Source of the DNA: Candidatus Babeliales bacterium
GTDB taxonomy: Bacteria; Patescibacteriota; Saccharimonadia; Saccharimonadales; UBA10212
DNA: 63,411 nucleotides
Direction: 5' to 3'
Assembly: GCA_035479215.1 (NCBI GenBank)
Contig: DATIIZ010000012.1
Location: forward strand, 1 to 63,411
The position numbers were made by a program, and so were the translations under genes. Shown piece after piece: positions 8,968 to 17,643 of this stretch. The notes under the pieces are model-generated. The model was not told where the DNA came from. It did no database searches and saw only the letters and a list, made by a program, of their open reading frames with translations. The stretch's first letter is position 1; each line of letters begins with the position of its first letter.

Positions 8968-9320
8968 TAAAACTCCAATCCTTCTTTACGGGCGGCTTCT
9001 GCTAGGGCCTTGATGCGGCCATGATATTTACGGCTGCCACGGTCGAATATAACCTGTTTGACTTTAGCTTTTTTAGCCTTGGCAGCTACTTCTTTACCAA
9101 CGAATTCAGCGCGCTGGGACTTGGTGCCATCGGGGGTCTTGCCGACAGTTGAAGCATAGGCCAAAGTCACACCTTTTTCATCATCGATGACCTGGGCGGT
9201 AATGTGATAGTTGCTAATATGCACGCTCAGCCTAGGCCGGCCAGCGACGCCTTTGGTGTGGCTGCGGACCCGGTAGGCCCGACGCTGCATATTCTGGTTC
9301 TTGAGTTCTAATCTATTCAT
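8967..9320 (-). CDS. rplR: 50S ribosomal protein L18
   Basis: L18-like sequence (RPRLSVH.SN.HI.AQVIDD, FDRG...YHGR.KALA.AARE.GL.F). TAATG overlap with rpsE. Confidence 0.95.
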   Translation of the reverse strand: MNRLELKNQNMQRRAYRVRSHTKGVAGRPRLSVHISNYHITAQVIDDEKGVTLAYASTVGKTPDGTKSQRAEFVGKEVAAKAKKAKVKQVIFDRGSRKYHGRIKALAEAARKEGLEF

Positions 9321-9322
9321 GT

Positions 9323-9859
9323 CTATTCCTTACCGCTCTTACCGCTCTTACGGATAATCCGCTCATCGGCGTATTTTATGCCCTTGCCCTTGTAGGGTTC
9401 GGGCTTCTTTAAAGCCCTTATCTCAGCCGCTACCTGGCCGACCTGTTGCTTATCTATTCCGCTAATAGTAATAACGTTCTGTTCGATGGAAGCTTGGATA
9501 CCGGCCGGTATTTTATACACTACATCGTGTGAAAAACCAAGGTTGAATTTCAGATTCTCGCCTTGTTGCTGGACACGGTAACCGACTCCGTTGATCTCGA
9601 GTTTTTTTTCAAAGCCCTGGGTAACTCCAGTGACCATATTATTGATAAGCGTGCGCATCAGGCCATGGCGCGAGCGGTTTTGACGCTCATCGTTGTCACG
9701 TTTGATGCTCAATTCATTATCAGACTGTGAAATCTGTACACCTGGCATAGTGAACTGCTTTAGAGAGCCTTTTGGCCCGTTAACGGTGATAAAATCATCA
9801 TCCAGTGTGATATTCACTCCGCTGGGGACACTGATTGGTTGTTTTCCGATACGACTCAT
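9323..9859 (-). CDS. rplF: 50S ribosomal protein L6
   Basis: MSRIGKQPI..P.GV start and the EPYKGKGI.Y motif. Confidence 0.96.
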   Translation of the reverse strand: MSRIGKQPISVPSGVNITLDDDFITVNGPKGSLKQFTMPGVQISQSDNELSIKRDNDERQNRSRHGLMRTLINNMVTGVTQGFEKKLEINGVGYRVQQQGENLKFNLGFSHDVVYKIPAGIQASIEQNVITISGIDKQQVGQVAAEIRALKKPEPYKGKGIKYADERIIRKSGKSGKE

Positions 9860-9870
9860 AGTTGGCCTTT

Positions 9871-10284
9871 TTAATAAACCTCGCAGATTAATTCGCCGCC
9901 GAGCTTCTGGCTAGCTGCTTGCTGTCCGGTCATTATGCCGTGTGATGTAGAGATAACAACTAGTCCCCGACCGCGCTTAACTTTAGGGATGGCCGCGGCT
10001 TTGACATATAGACGACGTCCGGGCCGGCTCAAACGGTTGATTTCGGTGATTTTTGACGGCTGGTCGTCTTCATTGATCTTTATAGTCAGGGTTTTCCTGC
10101 CGTTCTCTTCACCAGCTTCGACATCGGCCAAAAAGCCGTTATCGACCAGTATCTTCGCCACAGTTTCCTTTAGTTGGCTGTGTGGCAAACTGACTTGCTG
10201 CTTATTGACAGCCATGGCGTTGCGGACTCGGCTGAGCATGTCGGCCAGCGGATCGGTAGAAATGATTACGACTGATTTAGCCAT
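9871..10284 (-). CDS. rpsH: 30S ribosomal protein S8
   Basis: TDPLADMLSRVRNA motif. The ATG at 10284 overlaps the rpsN stop (TAATG). The ORF-track start at 10290 is a TTG two codons upstream. Confidence 0.93.
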   Translation of the reverse strand: MAKSVVIISTDPLADMLSRVRNAMAVNKQQVSLPHSQLKETVAKILVDNGFLADVEAGEENGRKTLTIKINEDDQPSKITEINRLSRPGRRLYVKAAAIPKVKRGRGLVVISTSHGIMTGQQAASQKLGGELICEVY

Positions 10285-10553
10285 TACCAACTCCCCTTTG
10301 TGACGCCTGGTATTTCACCCTTAGATGCGTGTTCTCTAAAGGCGATACGGGATAAGCCGAACTGGCGCATATAAGCCCTGGGTCGACCGGTCTCGGCACA
10401 ACGGTTAGTATGGCGGGTAGGGCTGCTGTTGCGTGGCAGCAGTGCTAAACCTTCCAGATCGCCGGCGGCTTTAAGTTCGGCCCGCTTGGCGGCATATTTT
10501 GCGATCATCTTATCGCGCTTTGCATCTCGTGCCAGAATAGATTTCTTAGCCAT
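10284..10553 (-). CDS. rpsN: 30S ribosomal protein S14 (long, non-zinc type)
   Basis: MAKKS...R..K....KYA.KR..LK and the C-terminal [20 protein letters not shown]. Confidence 0.95.
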   Translation of the reverse strand: MAKKSILARDAKRDKMIAKYAAKRAELKAAGDLEGLALLPRNSSPTRHTNRCAETGRPRAYMRQFGLSRIAFREHASKGEIPGVTKGSW

Positions 10554-10726
10554 CAGTTCTCCCTTCTCGCTTCTTTAACTTTTTCCCAGACATCTGCAAG
10601 CATATAGACACCTGCTATATCAGTCATAACAATTCCTACGGATTCCTGGTTCTCACTGTCAGCGGGCTGCTGTGGTTTTGGGTCAACATCTTTAGAACCT
10701 ATGTTTGATATATCTCGATTAGCCAT
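10553..10726 (-). CDS. Orphan small ORF (57 aa) filling the rplE|rpsN junction
   Basis: Below the ORF-track cutoff; I translated it by hand as [57 protein letters not shown]. Its ATG overlaps the rplE stop (TGATG) and its TGA overlaps the rpsN ATG (TGATG). The rpsN SD (AAGGGAG) lies within its last codons. Confidence 0.55.
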   Translation of the reverse strand: MANRDISNIGSKDVDPKPQQPADSENQESVGIVMTDIAGVYMLADVWEKVKEARREN

Positions 10727-11301
10727 CAATTACTCCTTTCGAATGGGATGCCAAGCTTTTCTAGTAAGGCTTTAGAGTCCTCAGCATTATTGGCTTTGAT
10801 ATTGAATACTACCTGTAAACCATGAGCCGTAGACGTATCCTCAAACGATAACTCCGGAAAAACCGATTGGTCGGTCAAGCCGATACTGTAATTCCCCTGT
10901 TTATCAAACGAACTGTTGGAAACACCGTGGAAGTCCCGCAGCCTGGGCAGGACGATGTTGATAAAGCGGTCGGCGAATTCGTACATGCGTTCGCCGCGCA
11001 GTGTAACTTTGAGACCGACTTTGTTGCCCTCTCTTAGCTTGAAGGCCGCGATAGATTTTTTGGCCAGGGTTTCAACCGGTTGCTGGCCCGTAATTTTTCG
11101 TAAAGTATTAGCAGCGGCTTCGAGATAGCGTTTGTCATCTTTAGCCCGGCCCAGACCGGCGTTAATGACTATCTTTTCCAGACGCGGAACTTCGAATACA
11201 TTCTTAAGCCCGAGTTCCTTCTTGAGGTCGGAGACGAGAGTCTTGTCATACTCAGCCTTAAGTCGCGATTGGTACTTGATGGGTGCCACAGTATTTGCCA
11301 T
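10726..11301 (-). CDS. rplE: 50S ribosomal protein L5
   Basis: L5-like sequence (RLK..Y.......L..EL...N....P.L.KIV.N.G.G, RGERMYEF.DR). Confidence 0.96.
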   Translation of the reverse strand: MANTVAPIKYQSRLKAEYDKTLVSDLKKELGLKNVFEVPRLEKIVINAGLGRAKDDKRYLEAAANTLRKITGQQPVETLAKKSIAAFKLREGNKVGLKVTLRGERMYEFADRFINIVLPRLRDFHGVSNSSFDKQGNYSIGLTDQSVFPELSFEDTSTAHGLQVVFNIKANNAEDSKALLEKLGIPFERSN

Positions 11302-11633
11302 TATTTGATCTCCTTACCGCTGGTTTTGAGTACCCGCGTCTTATTACCCTTGGCATCTAGTTTATAGCCGACTCTGGAAGGTTTTTTGGCAGTATTATCT
11401 AAGAGACCAACCTTACTGGCCCAGATCGGCCTGGTAATCTCGGTGATACCGCCCTGAGGTTTCTGCTGAGTCGGTTTGTTGTGTTTCTTAGCGATATTAA
11501 CACCTTCTACTGTGACCTTATTGAGCTTAGGATGCACTTGCAGGACTTTGCCAGTTTTGCCCTTATATTTGCCGGATCGGACCATCACGGTATCACCTTT
11601 TTTGATTCGCATTTTAAAGATTGTCTGAGCCAT
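11301..11633 (-). CDS. rplX: 50S ribosomal protein L24
   Basis: KKGDTV.V.SGK.KGKTGKV..V KOW motif and operon position. Confidence 0.95.
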   Translation of the reverse strand: MAQTIFKMRIKKGDTVMVRSGKYKGKTGKVLQVHPKLNKVTVEGVNIAKKHNKPTQQKPQGGITEITRPIWASKVGLLDNTAKKPSRVGYKLDAKGNKTRVLKTSGKEIK

Positions 11634-12004
11634 TATAGTACCTCCGGTGCTAAGGAGATTATTCTCTGATAGCCCATGTCACGTAGCTCGCGCGGCACTG
11701 GCCCGAAGATCCTGGTGCCTCTTGGTGTCTTATTATCTTCGGCCAGGACTACGACAGCATTATCGTCAAATTTAATGGTTGAGCCGTCATTGCGTAAAAT
11801 CGGGCTTCTGGTCCGGACAACCACAGCTTTAACGACGGTTTTACGCTTAACACCACCGGCTGGGTTAGCCGTCTTTACCGACGCCACAACAATATCACCA
11901 ATACGTGCGTAGCGGCGGCCTGAACCACCCAGTACACGAATGCACTTGAGCGATCGCGCGCCGCTGTTATCAGCAGCTATGATTTTGGATTCCTGTTGTA
12001 TCAT
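11633..12004 (-). CDS. rplN: 50S ribosomal protein L14
   Basis: MIQQES...ADNSGAR...CIRVLGGS start and the C-terminal RIFGPV.RELR. Confidence 0.97.
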   Translation of the reverse strand: MIQQESKIIAADNSGARSLKCIRVLGGSGRRYARIGDIVVASVKTANPAGGVKRKTVVKAVVVRTRSPILRNDGSTIKFDDNAVVVLAEDNKTPRGTRIFGPVPRELRDMGYQRIISLAPEVL

Positions 12005-12006
12005 GA

Positions 12007-12363
12007 TTACGTTTCCTTAGCCTCCGATTTTTTGGCTGCGGCTTTCTTCGGCTTAGCCGCTTCTTCGGATTTAGGTTCTTCTGCTGGAATGTCAGCAACG
12101 GCATCGGACTCTTCAAAACGAACCCCGCCACGTTCGATAATACGTACTAAGTTAAAACGTTTTCGGGCGCTTATAGGCTTAGTCTCGCCGATTACCACTA
12201 AATCGCCGGTTTTTGCCTGGTTTTTCTCATCGTGGGCCATGAATTTGGTATTTACCGAATACTGCTTCTTATAAATCGGATGCGTCTTGCGGGCTTTTAC
12301 AGTTATCACTATCGTCTTATCGGTTTTATCGCTGGTTACCATTCCGGTTAGCTGTCTAGCCAT
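12007..12363 (-). CDS. rpsQ: 30S ribosomal protein S17 with a K/E/A-rich C-terminal tail
   Basis: The S17 core is [16 protein letters not shown]....HPIYKK. The likely start is ATG 12363, 1 nt after the rpmC stop. The ORF-track N-terminal extension to 12462 overlaps rpmC. Confidence 0.9.
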   Translation of the reverse strand: MARQLTGMVTSDKTDKTIVITVKARKTHPIYKKQYSVNTKFMAHDEKNQAKTGDLVVIGETKPISARKRFNLVRIIERGGVRFEESDAVADIPAEEPKSEEAAKPKKAAAKKSEAKET

Positions 12364-12364
12364 T

Positions 12365-12565
12365 TTATGCATCCTCCTTCTGAAGTTTTTCGCCGAGTAC
12401 GGTATAAACCCGCGCCAGATCCTTGCGCTTGCTGCGCAGAACGCGGACGTTTTGCATTTCACCGCTATATAACCGGCGCCGCATCTCGACTATCTCAGTC
12501 TGCAGGGTCGGTACCTGCTTGGTAAGATCCTCTGTGCTCATCTTGCGGACATCGGTTATTTTCAT
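12365..12565 (-). CDS. rpmC: 50S ribosomal protein L29
   Basis: 66-aa helical protein in the canonical slot between rplP and rpsQ. Has L29-like ELR..S.EEL and R.L..R.Q features. Confidence 0.9.
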   Translation of the reverse strand: MKITDVRKMSTEDLTKQVPTLQTEIVEMRRRLYSGEMQNVRVLRSKRKDLARVYTVLGEKLQKEDA

Positions 12566-12567
12566 TA

Positions 12568-12984
12568 TTATTGCTCTTCCTTGACCGAAAAACGGGTTTT
12601 TACAGGTAGTTTATGGCCGGCCAGACGCATAGCTTCACGGGCCTGGACTTCTGTCACGCCGTCCATTTCGAACATCACGGTGCCGGGTTTGACCTTGGCA
12701 ACGAAGAATTCCGGATTACCTTTACCACTGCCCATTTTGACGTCCTGGGGCTTACGGGTAACGGGAGTGTGAGGGAAAATTCTTATCCATATCTGTCCGC
12801 CGCGCTTGATGTAGCGCGTCATGGCCTGGCGGGCGGCTTCAATTTGGCGGGCACTGATCCTTTCACTCTCCAGGCTGACTAATCCATAGCGGCCATAGGC
12901 GATAGAAGATAGGCTGGTAGCGGTGCCGCCATGGATACGGCCTTTTCTGACCTTTCTGAATTTAGTTCTGGAGGGCATTAACAT
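12568..12984 (-). CDS. rplP: 50S ribosomal protein L16
   Basis: Canonical L16 start [16 protein letters not shown] at ATG 12984, 1 nt after the rpsC stop. The ORF-track extension to 13020 overlaps rpsC. Confidence 0.95.
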   Translation of the reverse strand: MLMPSRTKFRKVRKGRIHGGTATSLSSIAYGRYGLVSLESERISARQIEAARQAMTRYIKRGGQIWIRIFPHTPVTRKPQDVKMGSGKGNPEFFVAKVKPGTVMFEMDGVTEVQAREAMRLAGHKLPVKTRFSVKEEQ

Positions 12985-12985
12985 C

Positions 12986-13615
12986 TTAGACTTCTCCTTT
13001 GTAAATCCAGACTTTAACACCTATGATGCCGGCGCCAGGGTAAAGCGCCCGGGCGGCTGCGTAATCTATATCAGCTCTTAGGGTATGCAATGGGACACTG
13101 CCCAGGACTTCTTTTTCGCGGCGGCTCATTTCCATGCCGCCCAAACGCCCGGCCACTTCTATCCTGATACCTTTGGCACCGGAGCGCATAGCAGCTGCAG
13201 CCGAGGACTTGACTGCCCGGCGGAAGGCGATACGCCGCTCTAGCTGGTGGGCAATGTTTTCGGCAACTAATTTAGCTTGGAGTTCTGGACGTTTGATCTC
13301 TTCGATATTAACTCTCGTTGGTATTTTATAAATCTTCTCGATAGCGTCTTTAAGCTCAGCTGCACCGCTGCCGCCACGACCGATTACAACACCGGCTTTG
13401 GCTGTCTGGATGGTAACAGTTACCAAATTTGGTGAGCGTTCAATATCAACCTTACTGATTGCCGCTCTGGAGCCCAGTTTTACCTCAATCAGTTTTCTGG
13501 CTGTGAGGTCCTGCTTTAAGTAGCCGGCGTATTCTTTCTTGCCAGCGAACCACTTAGAGCGCCAGTCTTTATTGACCTGCAGTCGCATGCTGATGGGGTT
13601 GACTTTCTGTCCCAT
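12986..13615 (-). CDS. rpsC: 30S ribosomal protein S3
   Basis: MGQKVNP...RL start and a KH-domain-like core ([27 protein letters not shown]). Confidence 0.97.
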   Translation of the reverse strand: MGQKVNPISMRLQVNKDWRSKWFAGKKEYAGYLKQDLTARKLIEVKLGSRAAISKVDIERSPNLVTVTIQTAKAGVVIGRGGSGAAELKDAIEKIYKIPTRVNIEEIKRPELQAKLVAENIAHQLERRIAFRRAVKSSAAAAMRSGAKGIRIEVAGRLGGMEMSRREKEVLGSVPLHTLRADIDYAAARALYPGAGIIGVKVWIYKGEV

Positions 13616-14001
13616 TATTTGATCTCCTTCTCAGATGTTGGTTTAGTTTGAGGTTTCTTGGTTTCGCGCTGCTGGCCGTCGACAATCACTTTGATATGGC
13701 TGGTTTTTCGCTGAAAAGTACGGGCCCGGCCGCGGGCGGCGGGAATAAAGCGCTTAAGCCGGGGGCCGGATGTCACGCTGATCTCGGTAATCTCTAGGCT
13801 ACCAGGCTTGAAGTTATGGTTGTGCTCGGCGTTGGCAGCTGCGCTTTTTATGGCGTTCTTGACTGGTAGGGCTGCCCGGCGCGGTGTGTAATCTAAGATT
13901 GTCAGAGCGTCGGTGACTGTGCGGCCGCGGACCAATGAAGCGACTACCGCGACTTTGCGCGGGCTGATCCTAACTCCTTTTTGATATGAAATAGCCGCCA
14001 T
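13615..14001 (-). CDS. rplV: 50S ribosomal protein L22
   Basis: R.SPRK...VA.LVRG..V..AL.IL...P.R.A motif. Has a Lys-rich C-terminal tail. Confidence 0.95.
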   Translation of the reverse strand: MAAISYQKGVRISPRKVAVVASLVRGRTVTDALTILDYTPRRAALPVKNAIKSAAANAEHNHNFKPGSLEITEISVTSGPRLKRFIPAARGRARTFQRKTSHIKVIVDGQQRETKKPQTKPTSEKEIK

Positions 14002-14004
14002 ATC

Positions 14005-14289
14005 TTATCCTGAACTTCCCTGTGATTTAGCGAGTTTGCCGCCGTGGCCACGGAACTTACGAGTGGGTGCGAATTCTCCAAGTTTATGGCCGACCATATT
14101 CTCTGTTATGAATACTGGTACGTGTACTTTGCCGTTATGGACAGCGATAGTTCGTCCAACAAAATCAGGCGAAATGGTTGAAGCTCTGGCCCAGGTTTTA
14201 ATCACTGAACGGTCTCCGGTGGCTAGGTCATTTACCTTCTTAGCCAGCTTGGGGTCGATATAAGGTCCTTTTTTAAGTGATCTAGACAT
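14005..14289 (-). CDS. rpsS: 30S ribosomal protein S19
   Basis: [12 protein letters not shown] start and [33 protein letters not shown]. Confidence 0.97.
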   Translation of the reverse strand: MSRSLKKGPYIDPKLAKKVNDLATGDRSVIKTWARASTISPDFVGRTIAVHNGKVHVPVFITENMVGHKLGEFAPTRKFRGHGGKLAKSQGSSG

Positions 14290-14590
14290 GAGCTACCCCG
14301 TCATTAAGCTCGACCACCTCAGCATATGCGACTTCAATACCGTGTCTCATTGAATGGTGTATCTCAGAGAATGGTTGAGTATACTCGGAGTACTGCTCTC
14401 TCGGAACAGTAGCAAAGATAGTGTGTCCAATGGCTTGGCCAAAACCGTATAGAGTGGCGTTCGCTCTAATTCTTACATCTTCCATAGGGTGGTTAGTTAA
14501 CCTCTTAGTTCTTTCAATTGCAACTGTAGCACTTTCTGCTAGCTCCACGTCTGAAGGTTCAGTTGGTGGGTAATTATTAAATTTAAGCAT
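14282..14590 (-). CDS. Orphan small ORF (102 aa) filling the rplB|rpsS junction
   Basis: The ATG at 14590 is 1 nt after the rplB stop (TAACATG). Its 3' end overlaps the rpsS start by 8 nt. No r-protein similarity is recognisable. His-rich patch [12 protein letters not shown]-richer than its flanks. Confidence 0.6.
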   Translation of the reverse strand: MLKFNNYPPTEPSDVELAESATVAIERTKRLTNHPMEDVRIRANATLYGFGQAIGHTIFATVPREQYSEYTQPFSEIHHSMRHGIEVAYAEVVELNDGVAHV

Positions 14591-14591
14591 G

Positions 14592-15428
14592 TTATCTCCT
14601 CTTTCCTTGGTGGCGGGTTCTTATAATAAATTTATTGCTGGCTTTACGGCTGCGCGTCTTGTACCCTAGGGTCTTTTGGCCCCAAGGTGTTGTTGGCGGG
14701 CGGGCCATCCGGTGACGGCCGCCATCTCCACCACCGTGCGGGTGATCTACAGCATTCATAACTACTCCTCGGACCGTAGGCCTAATGCCTTTGTTGCGGG
14801 TCCGTCCGGCCTTTCCGATTTTGATATTCTGGTGTTGTTCGTTGCCGATTACTCCGATAGTAGCCATGCAGTTTGCATTAATCATTCTGACTTCCCCGCT
14901 TGGCAGTCGAACCTGGGCATAATTATCCTCTTTAGCAACTAGCTGGGCGCTGCCGCCGGCGGTGCGAACCATTTGGGCTCCGCGTCCAGGCTGGAGTTCT
15001 AGAGAATGAATCTGGGTTCCTGTAGGAATACTCTTTAGGGGCAAACGGTTACCGCTTTCGATGGCCGCCTCTTCCTCAACCACGAATTTACGGCTGGGAC
15101 GCATACCCTTGATTGCCAGAGTGTAATGATAACCGCCGTTTTGGTCTTTAATACGGGCAATCCGCGCACTGCGGTTGGGGTCGTATTCTATTTGTTCAAC
15201 AGTTGCCGAAGTTCCTACCGGCAGTTTATGGTTCACTATTCGATAATACTTGCGGGCTCCGCCACCACGGTGGCGGGTAGTTATGCGTCCCTGGTTATTG
15301 CGGCCGGAGTTTTGTTTTTTTATCCTGACTAAGCTCTTGATAGGCTTTTTGGCCGTAATCTGGTCAAAGTCCTGGCTGCTCATACCGCGCCGGGCAGGGC
15401 TTGTCGGTTTATATTCGCGGACAGGCAT
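14592..15428 (-). CDS. rplB: 50S ribosomal protein L2
   Basis: Conserved L2 motifs (GRNN.GRIT.RHRGGG, VMNAVDHPHGGG.G). Confidence 0.98.
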   Translation of the reverse strand: MPVREYKPTSPARRGMSSQDFDQITAKKPIKSLVRIKKQNSGRNNQGRITTRHRGGGARKYYRIVNHKLPVGTSATVEQIEYDPNRSARIARIKDQNGGYHYTLAIKGMRPSRKFVVEEEAAIESGNRLPLKSIPTGTQIHSLELQPGRGAQMVRTAGGSAQLVAKEDNYAQVRLPSGEVRMINANCMATIGVIGNEQHQNIKIGKAGRTRNKGIRPTVRGVVMNAVDHPHGGGDGGRHRMARPPTTPWGQKTLGYKTRSRKASNKFIIRTRHQGKRR

Positions 15429-15761
15429 CTATTTTTTCTCCTTGGGTTTTTTGGTATCTTCTTCGTCAGCTGCAAAAATTGGCAATTTATCACCATCTTT
15501 AAGAGTTACGTAAGCTTTGCGGATATCTGATCTTTGCCCGCTGATAGATTTTCGGCCGCGCTGGCGGTAGCTTTTCTGGGCTTTGCCGGGAATATTTACC
15601 AGATGAACCTTAGTGACACTGACTTCGTACTGGGAGGTGACAGCTTTAGCGACCTCAAACTTATTGATCTTGGCATCAACATCAAAGACATAAGTGTTGT
15701 GTTGCTCGCTGAGGCCATAGGCTTTCTCGCTGACCCGCGGTTTGAGCGTTATAAAATTCAT
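15429..15761 (-). CDS. rplW: 50S ribosomal protein L23
   Basis: L23-like core in the canonical slot between rplD and rplB. Has a Lys-rich tail. Confidence 0.92.
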   Translation of the reverse strand: MNFITLKPRVSEKAYGLSEQHNTYVFDVDAKINKFEVAKAVTSQYEVSVTKVHLVNIPGKAQKSYRQRGRKSISGQRSDIRKAYVTLKDGDKLPIFAADEEDTKKPKEKK

Positions 15762-16399
15762 TATTTTTTACCTCCGAGCCACTGGCTTACTGAATCAAGT
15801 GCGGCTTTTTCAAAAATCAACTTATCAGAGCTCATGACTTTATAAACATTAAGGTACTTAGCAGATGTCAGATTCACATTCGGAATATTTTGTACGGCTT
15901 TTTTAACTGTCTCATCAATCTTATCTGCTACTAAGCATGTATTACCAGTTGTGCCCATCTTCTTAAGTAAGCTGATCACTGATCTTGTTTTTCCATCTGT
16001 TACAGCCAGCAAATCAATGATAATTATCCGGTCTTCTTTTGAGGCGATGCTCAGAGCTTGCCGTAGAGCCTGGCGTTTGGTACTAGTACTAAGCTTCTTA
16101 GAATAATTTTCGCCACCGGTGGGGCCGAAAGCTATGCCACCGCCGCGCCATATCGGGTTACGAGAAGAGCCGAAACGGGCATTACCAGTGCCTTTTTGGC
16201 GCCAAGGTTTTCGTCCACCGCCGCGCACCTGGCCACGCTTTTTGGTCTGGGCATTGTTAGTCCGCCCGTCAGACAGATATGATATATAGGCTTGTTTTAG
16301 GAGATTGTGGTTTTTAACTTCAAGTCCGAAAACTGCCTTATCCAGTTTAGCCGGTGTTGTAGATTTACTGCCTGTCTTGGTGTATGTCGCCACTGTCAT
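15761..16399 (-). CDS. rplD: 50S ribosomal protein L4
   Basis: KKRGQVRGGGRKPWRQKGTGNAR.GS.R.P.W.GGG..FGP motif. Confidence 0.97.
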   Translation of the reverse strand: MTVATYTKTGSKSTTPAKLDKAVFGLEVKNHNLLKQAYISYLSDGRTNNAQTKKRGQVRGGGRKPWRQKGTGNARFGSSRNPIWRGGGIAFGPTGGENYSKKLSTSTKRQALRQALSIASKEDRIIIIDLLAVTDGKTRSVISLLKKMGTTGNTCLVADKIDETVKKAVQNIPNVNLTSAKYLNVYKVMSSDKLIFEKAALDSVSQWLGGKK

Positions 16400-17019
16400 T
16401 ACTTGGTCTCCTTCAGAAGGACTAGGCCTTTTCTGGGTCCCGGTACACTGCCGATAACACCTATGACGTTAAGCTCCTTATCTACTAAGCCGACTTTGAG
16501 TTTCTTAGTAGTTACTCTGACATTTCCCATCTGGCCGGCCATTTTCTTACCTTTGAAGATTTTCTGAGGATACATTGAACCGATAGAGCCTGGTCGACGA
16601 TAACTGCGTCCGCCGTGGGTCTTGCGGCCCCTTTGGAAGTTATGGCGCTTGATGGTCCCAGCAAATCCTTTACCCTTGCTGGTTCCGGTAACGTCTACAG
16701 TGTCGCCGACTTCAAAAAGATCGGCGCTGAGCTCAGCGCCGATCTTCATTTCCTCTGGAAGTTCATCAATAATCTTAAATTCGCGGATAATCTTGGGGGT
16801 TGAGTTAGATTCTTTAAGCTGGCCGGCTAAAGCCTTGCCAATCTTGTTTTTGCTTAACTGCTCAAAACCCAACTGGACAGCATTATATCCATCGGTCTCA
16901 GTATTCTTGAACCTAGTAATAACATTGGGAGTAGCCGAAAGCAGGGTAACAGCCGTCATAGCGCCATTGTCGCCAATCACGCTTGTCATACCAATCTTTC
17001 TTGTAATTAATGCTTTCAA
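16399..17019 (-). CDS. rplC: 50S ribosomal protein L3 (TTG start)
   Basis: (M)KALITRKIGMTSV start and FKGKKMAGQMG...VT. SD GAGGG lies 5 nt upstream of the TTG at 17019. Confidence 0.96.
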   Translation of the reverse strand: MKALITRKIGMTSVIGDNGAMTAVTLLSATPNVITRFKNTETDGYNAVQLGFEQLSKNKIGKALAGQLKESNSTPKIIREFKIIDELPEEMKIGAELSADLFEVGDTVDVTGTSKGKGFAGTIKRHNFQRGRKTHGGRSYRRPGSIGSMYPQKIFKGKKMAGQMGNVRVTTKKLKVGLVDKELNVIGVIGSVPGPRKGLVLLKETK

Positions 17020-17162
17020 CTATCCCTCTTAATATATTCATTTTGGCTTTGTTACAGCATTTAAAAATGCTTGGCCCTGATGGTTTCTACCCCTGTTAAA
17101 AGTGAATAGACCTATTCAAATCCAAGCGAACAATCAATACTGTGTTAACAGATTACCATAGA

Positions 17163-17190
17163 ATTATAACCTCTGTCAATCTGTTGATAA
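17163..17190 (-). promoter_or_regulatory. Candidate promoter for the rplC-to-rplO transcription unit
   Basis: Minus strand: TTATCA (17185..17190), 16 nt, TATAAT (17163..17168). It lies about 145 nt upstream of rplC and downstream of the bidirectional terminator. Confidence 0.35.
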
Positions 17191-17220
17191 TTTTACATTA
17201 ATGTTTCTAGGATGCGATTC

Positions 17221-17249
17221 TTGACATAGGATAGCCATAAGCGTATTTT
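17221..17249 (+). promoter_or_regulatory. Candidate sigma70-type promoter on the plus strand (orphan)
   Basis: TTGACA (17221..17226), 17 nt, TATTTT (17244..17249). It points away from all annotated genes and into a non-coding stretch. Confidence 0.4.
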
Positions 17250-17255
17250 GGGCTC

Positions 17256-17511
17256 AGGCCTCTGTCGTTTGAAAAAACAGAGAACCGAAAGATTAGCTAA
17301 AACTAATCTTGACGTACAACTTGTAAGGAATGCTCCTTGGCGCCTGGATATCCAGCGTCCGGAAGCAGGAAATCCAAAACAAAAAGCAGACCAAACAGGA
17401 AGTACACTAAAGCTCCTAACTTAGATATTCGCTTAAAAGGCAAAAACCTTTGAAGCCTAAGTCAGGTAGCCAAAAATGAACAGGCCTATAAAAGGGCCTG
17501 TTCTGGTTTTT
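17256..17511 (+). ncRNA. Candidate ~255-nt small RNA of unknown class, antisense-oriented inside the rpsJ|rplC spacer
   Basis: Bounded by the promoter at 17221..17249 and the terminator at 17478..17511. Contains several clean hairpins: CTCTGT/ACAGAG, AGATTAG/CTAATCT, GCTTAAAAGG/CCTTTGAAGC. No convincing ORF. Confidence 0.35.
17478..17503. terminator. Bidirectional rho-independent terminator
   Basis: 9-bp stem GAACAGGCC / GGCCTGTTC with an 8-nt loop. A T-run follows on the plus strand (TGGTTTTT). A T-run also follows on the minus strand (ATTTTTG). Confidence 0.6.
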
Positions 17512-17562
17512 ACACATATATTTATTTTGTTGAATTCCAATTTATATGGTGAGCGAAGGACT

Positions 17563-17643
17563 TTATCCGCCGGAACATTGGTTTGCTTAGTGCAACCGGA
17601 GACGCTTATGGCGTCCCCGCGTGTAGCGGGTTCCGCCGGATAA
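17563..17643 (-). ncRNA. 81-nt cloverleaf-like four-way-junction element in the rpsJ 3' UTR (class unknown)
   Basis: 14-position outer stem (17563..17576 with 17630..17643; 13 pairs and one central G-G mismatch). It encloses three hairpins, each with a 5-nt loop: CCGC-UACAC-GCGG, GGGGACGC-CAUAA-GCGUCUCC and GGUUGC-ACUAA-GCAAACC. The middle stem has a G-U wobble on the minus strand, which would be an A-C mismatch on the plus strand. This favours a minus-strand RNA. Confidence 0.4.

Noticed and set aside
17357-17365. GTCCGGAAG, reminiscent of the SRP RNA helix-8 GGAA tetraloop region
   Set aside because: The sequence after the tetraloop (GCAGGAAA) cannot form the closing CC/GG pairs or the conserved symmetric loop. 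A 9-mer match is expected by chance in a window of this size.
17330-17410. 26-codon ORF (MLLGAWISSVRKQEIQNKKQTKQEVH) inside the candidate sRNA
   Set aside because: The AAGGA lies immediately against the ATG with no spacing. The peptide is short and has no features. I cannot exclude a small peptide, but nothing supports one.
17563-17643. Interpreting the 81-nt cloverleaf as a tRNA gene
   Set aside because: The outer stem has 14 positions rather than 7. All three loops are 5 nt rather than 7-8. There is no GTTCRANYC T-loop, no D-loop GG and no discriminator or CCA. It is kept as an unknown structured element instead.
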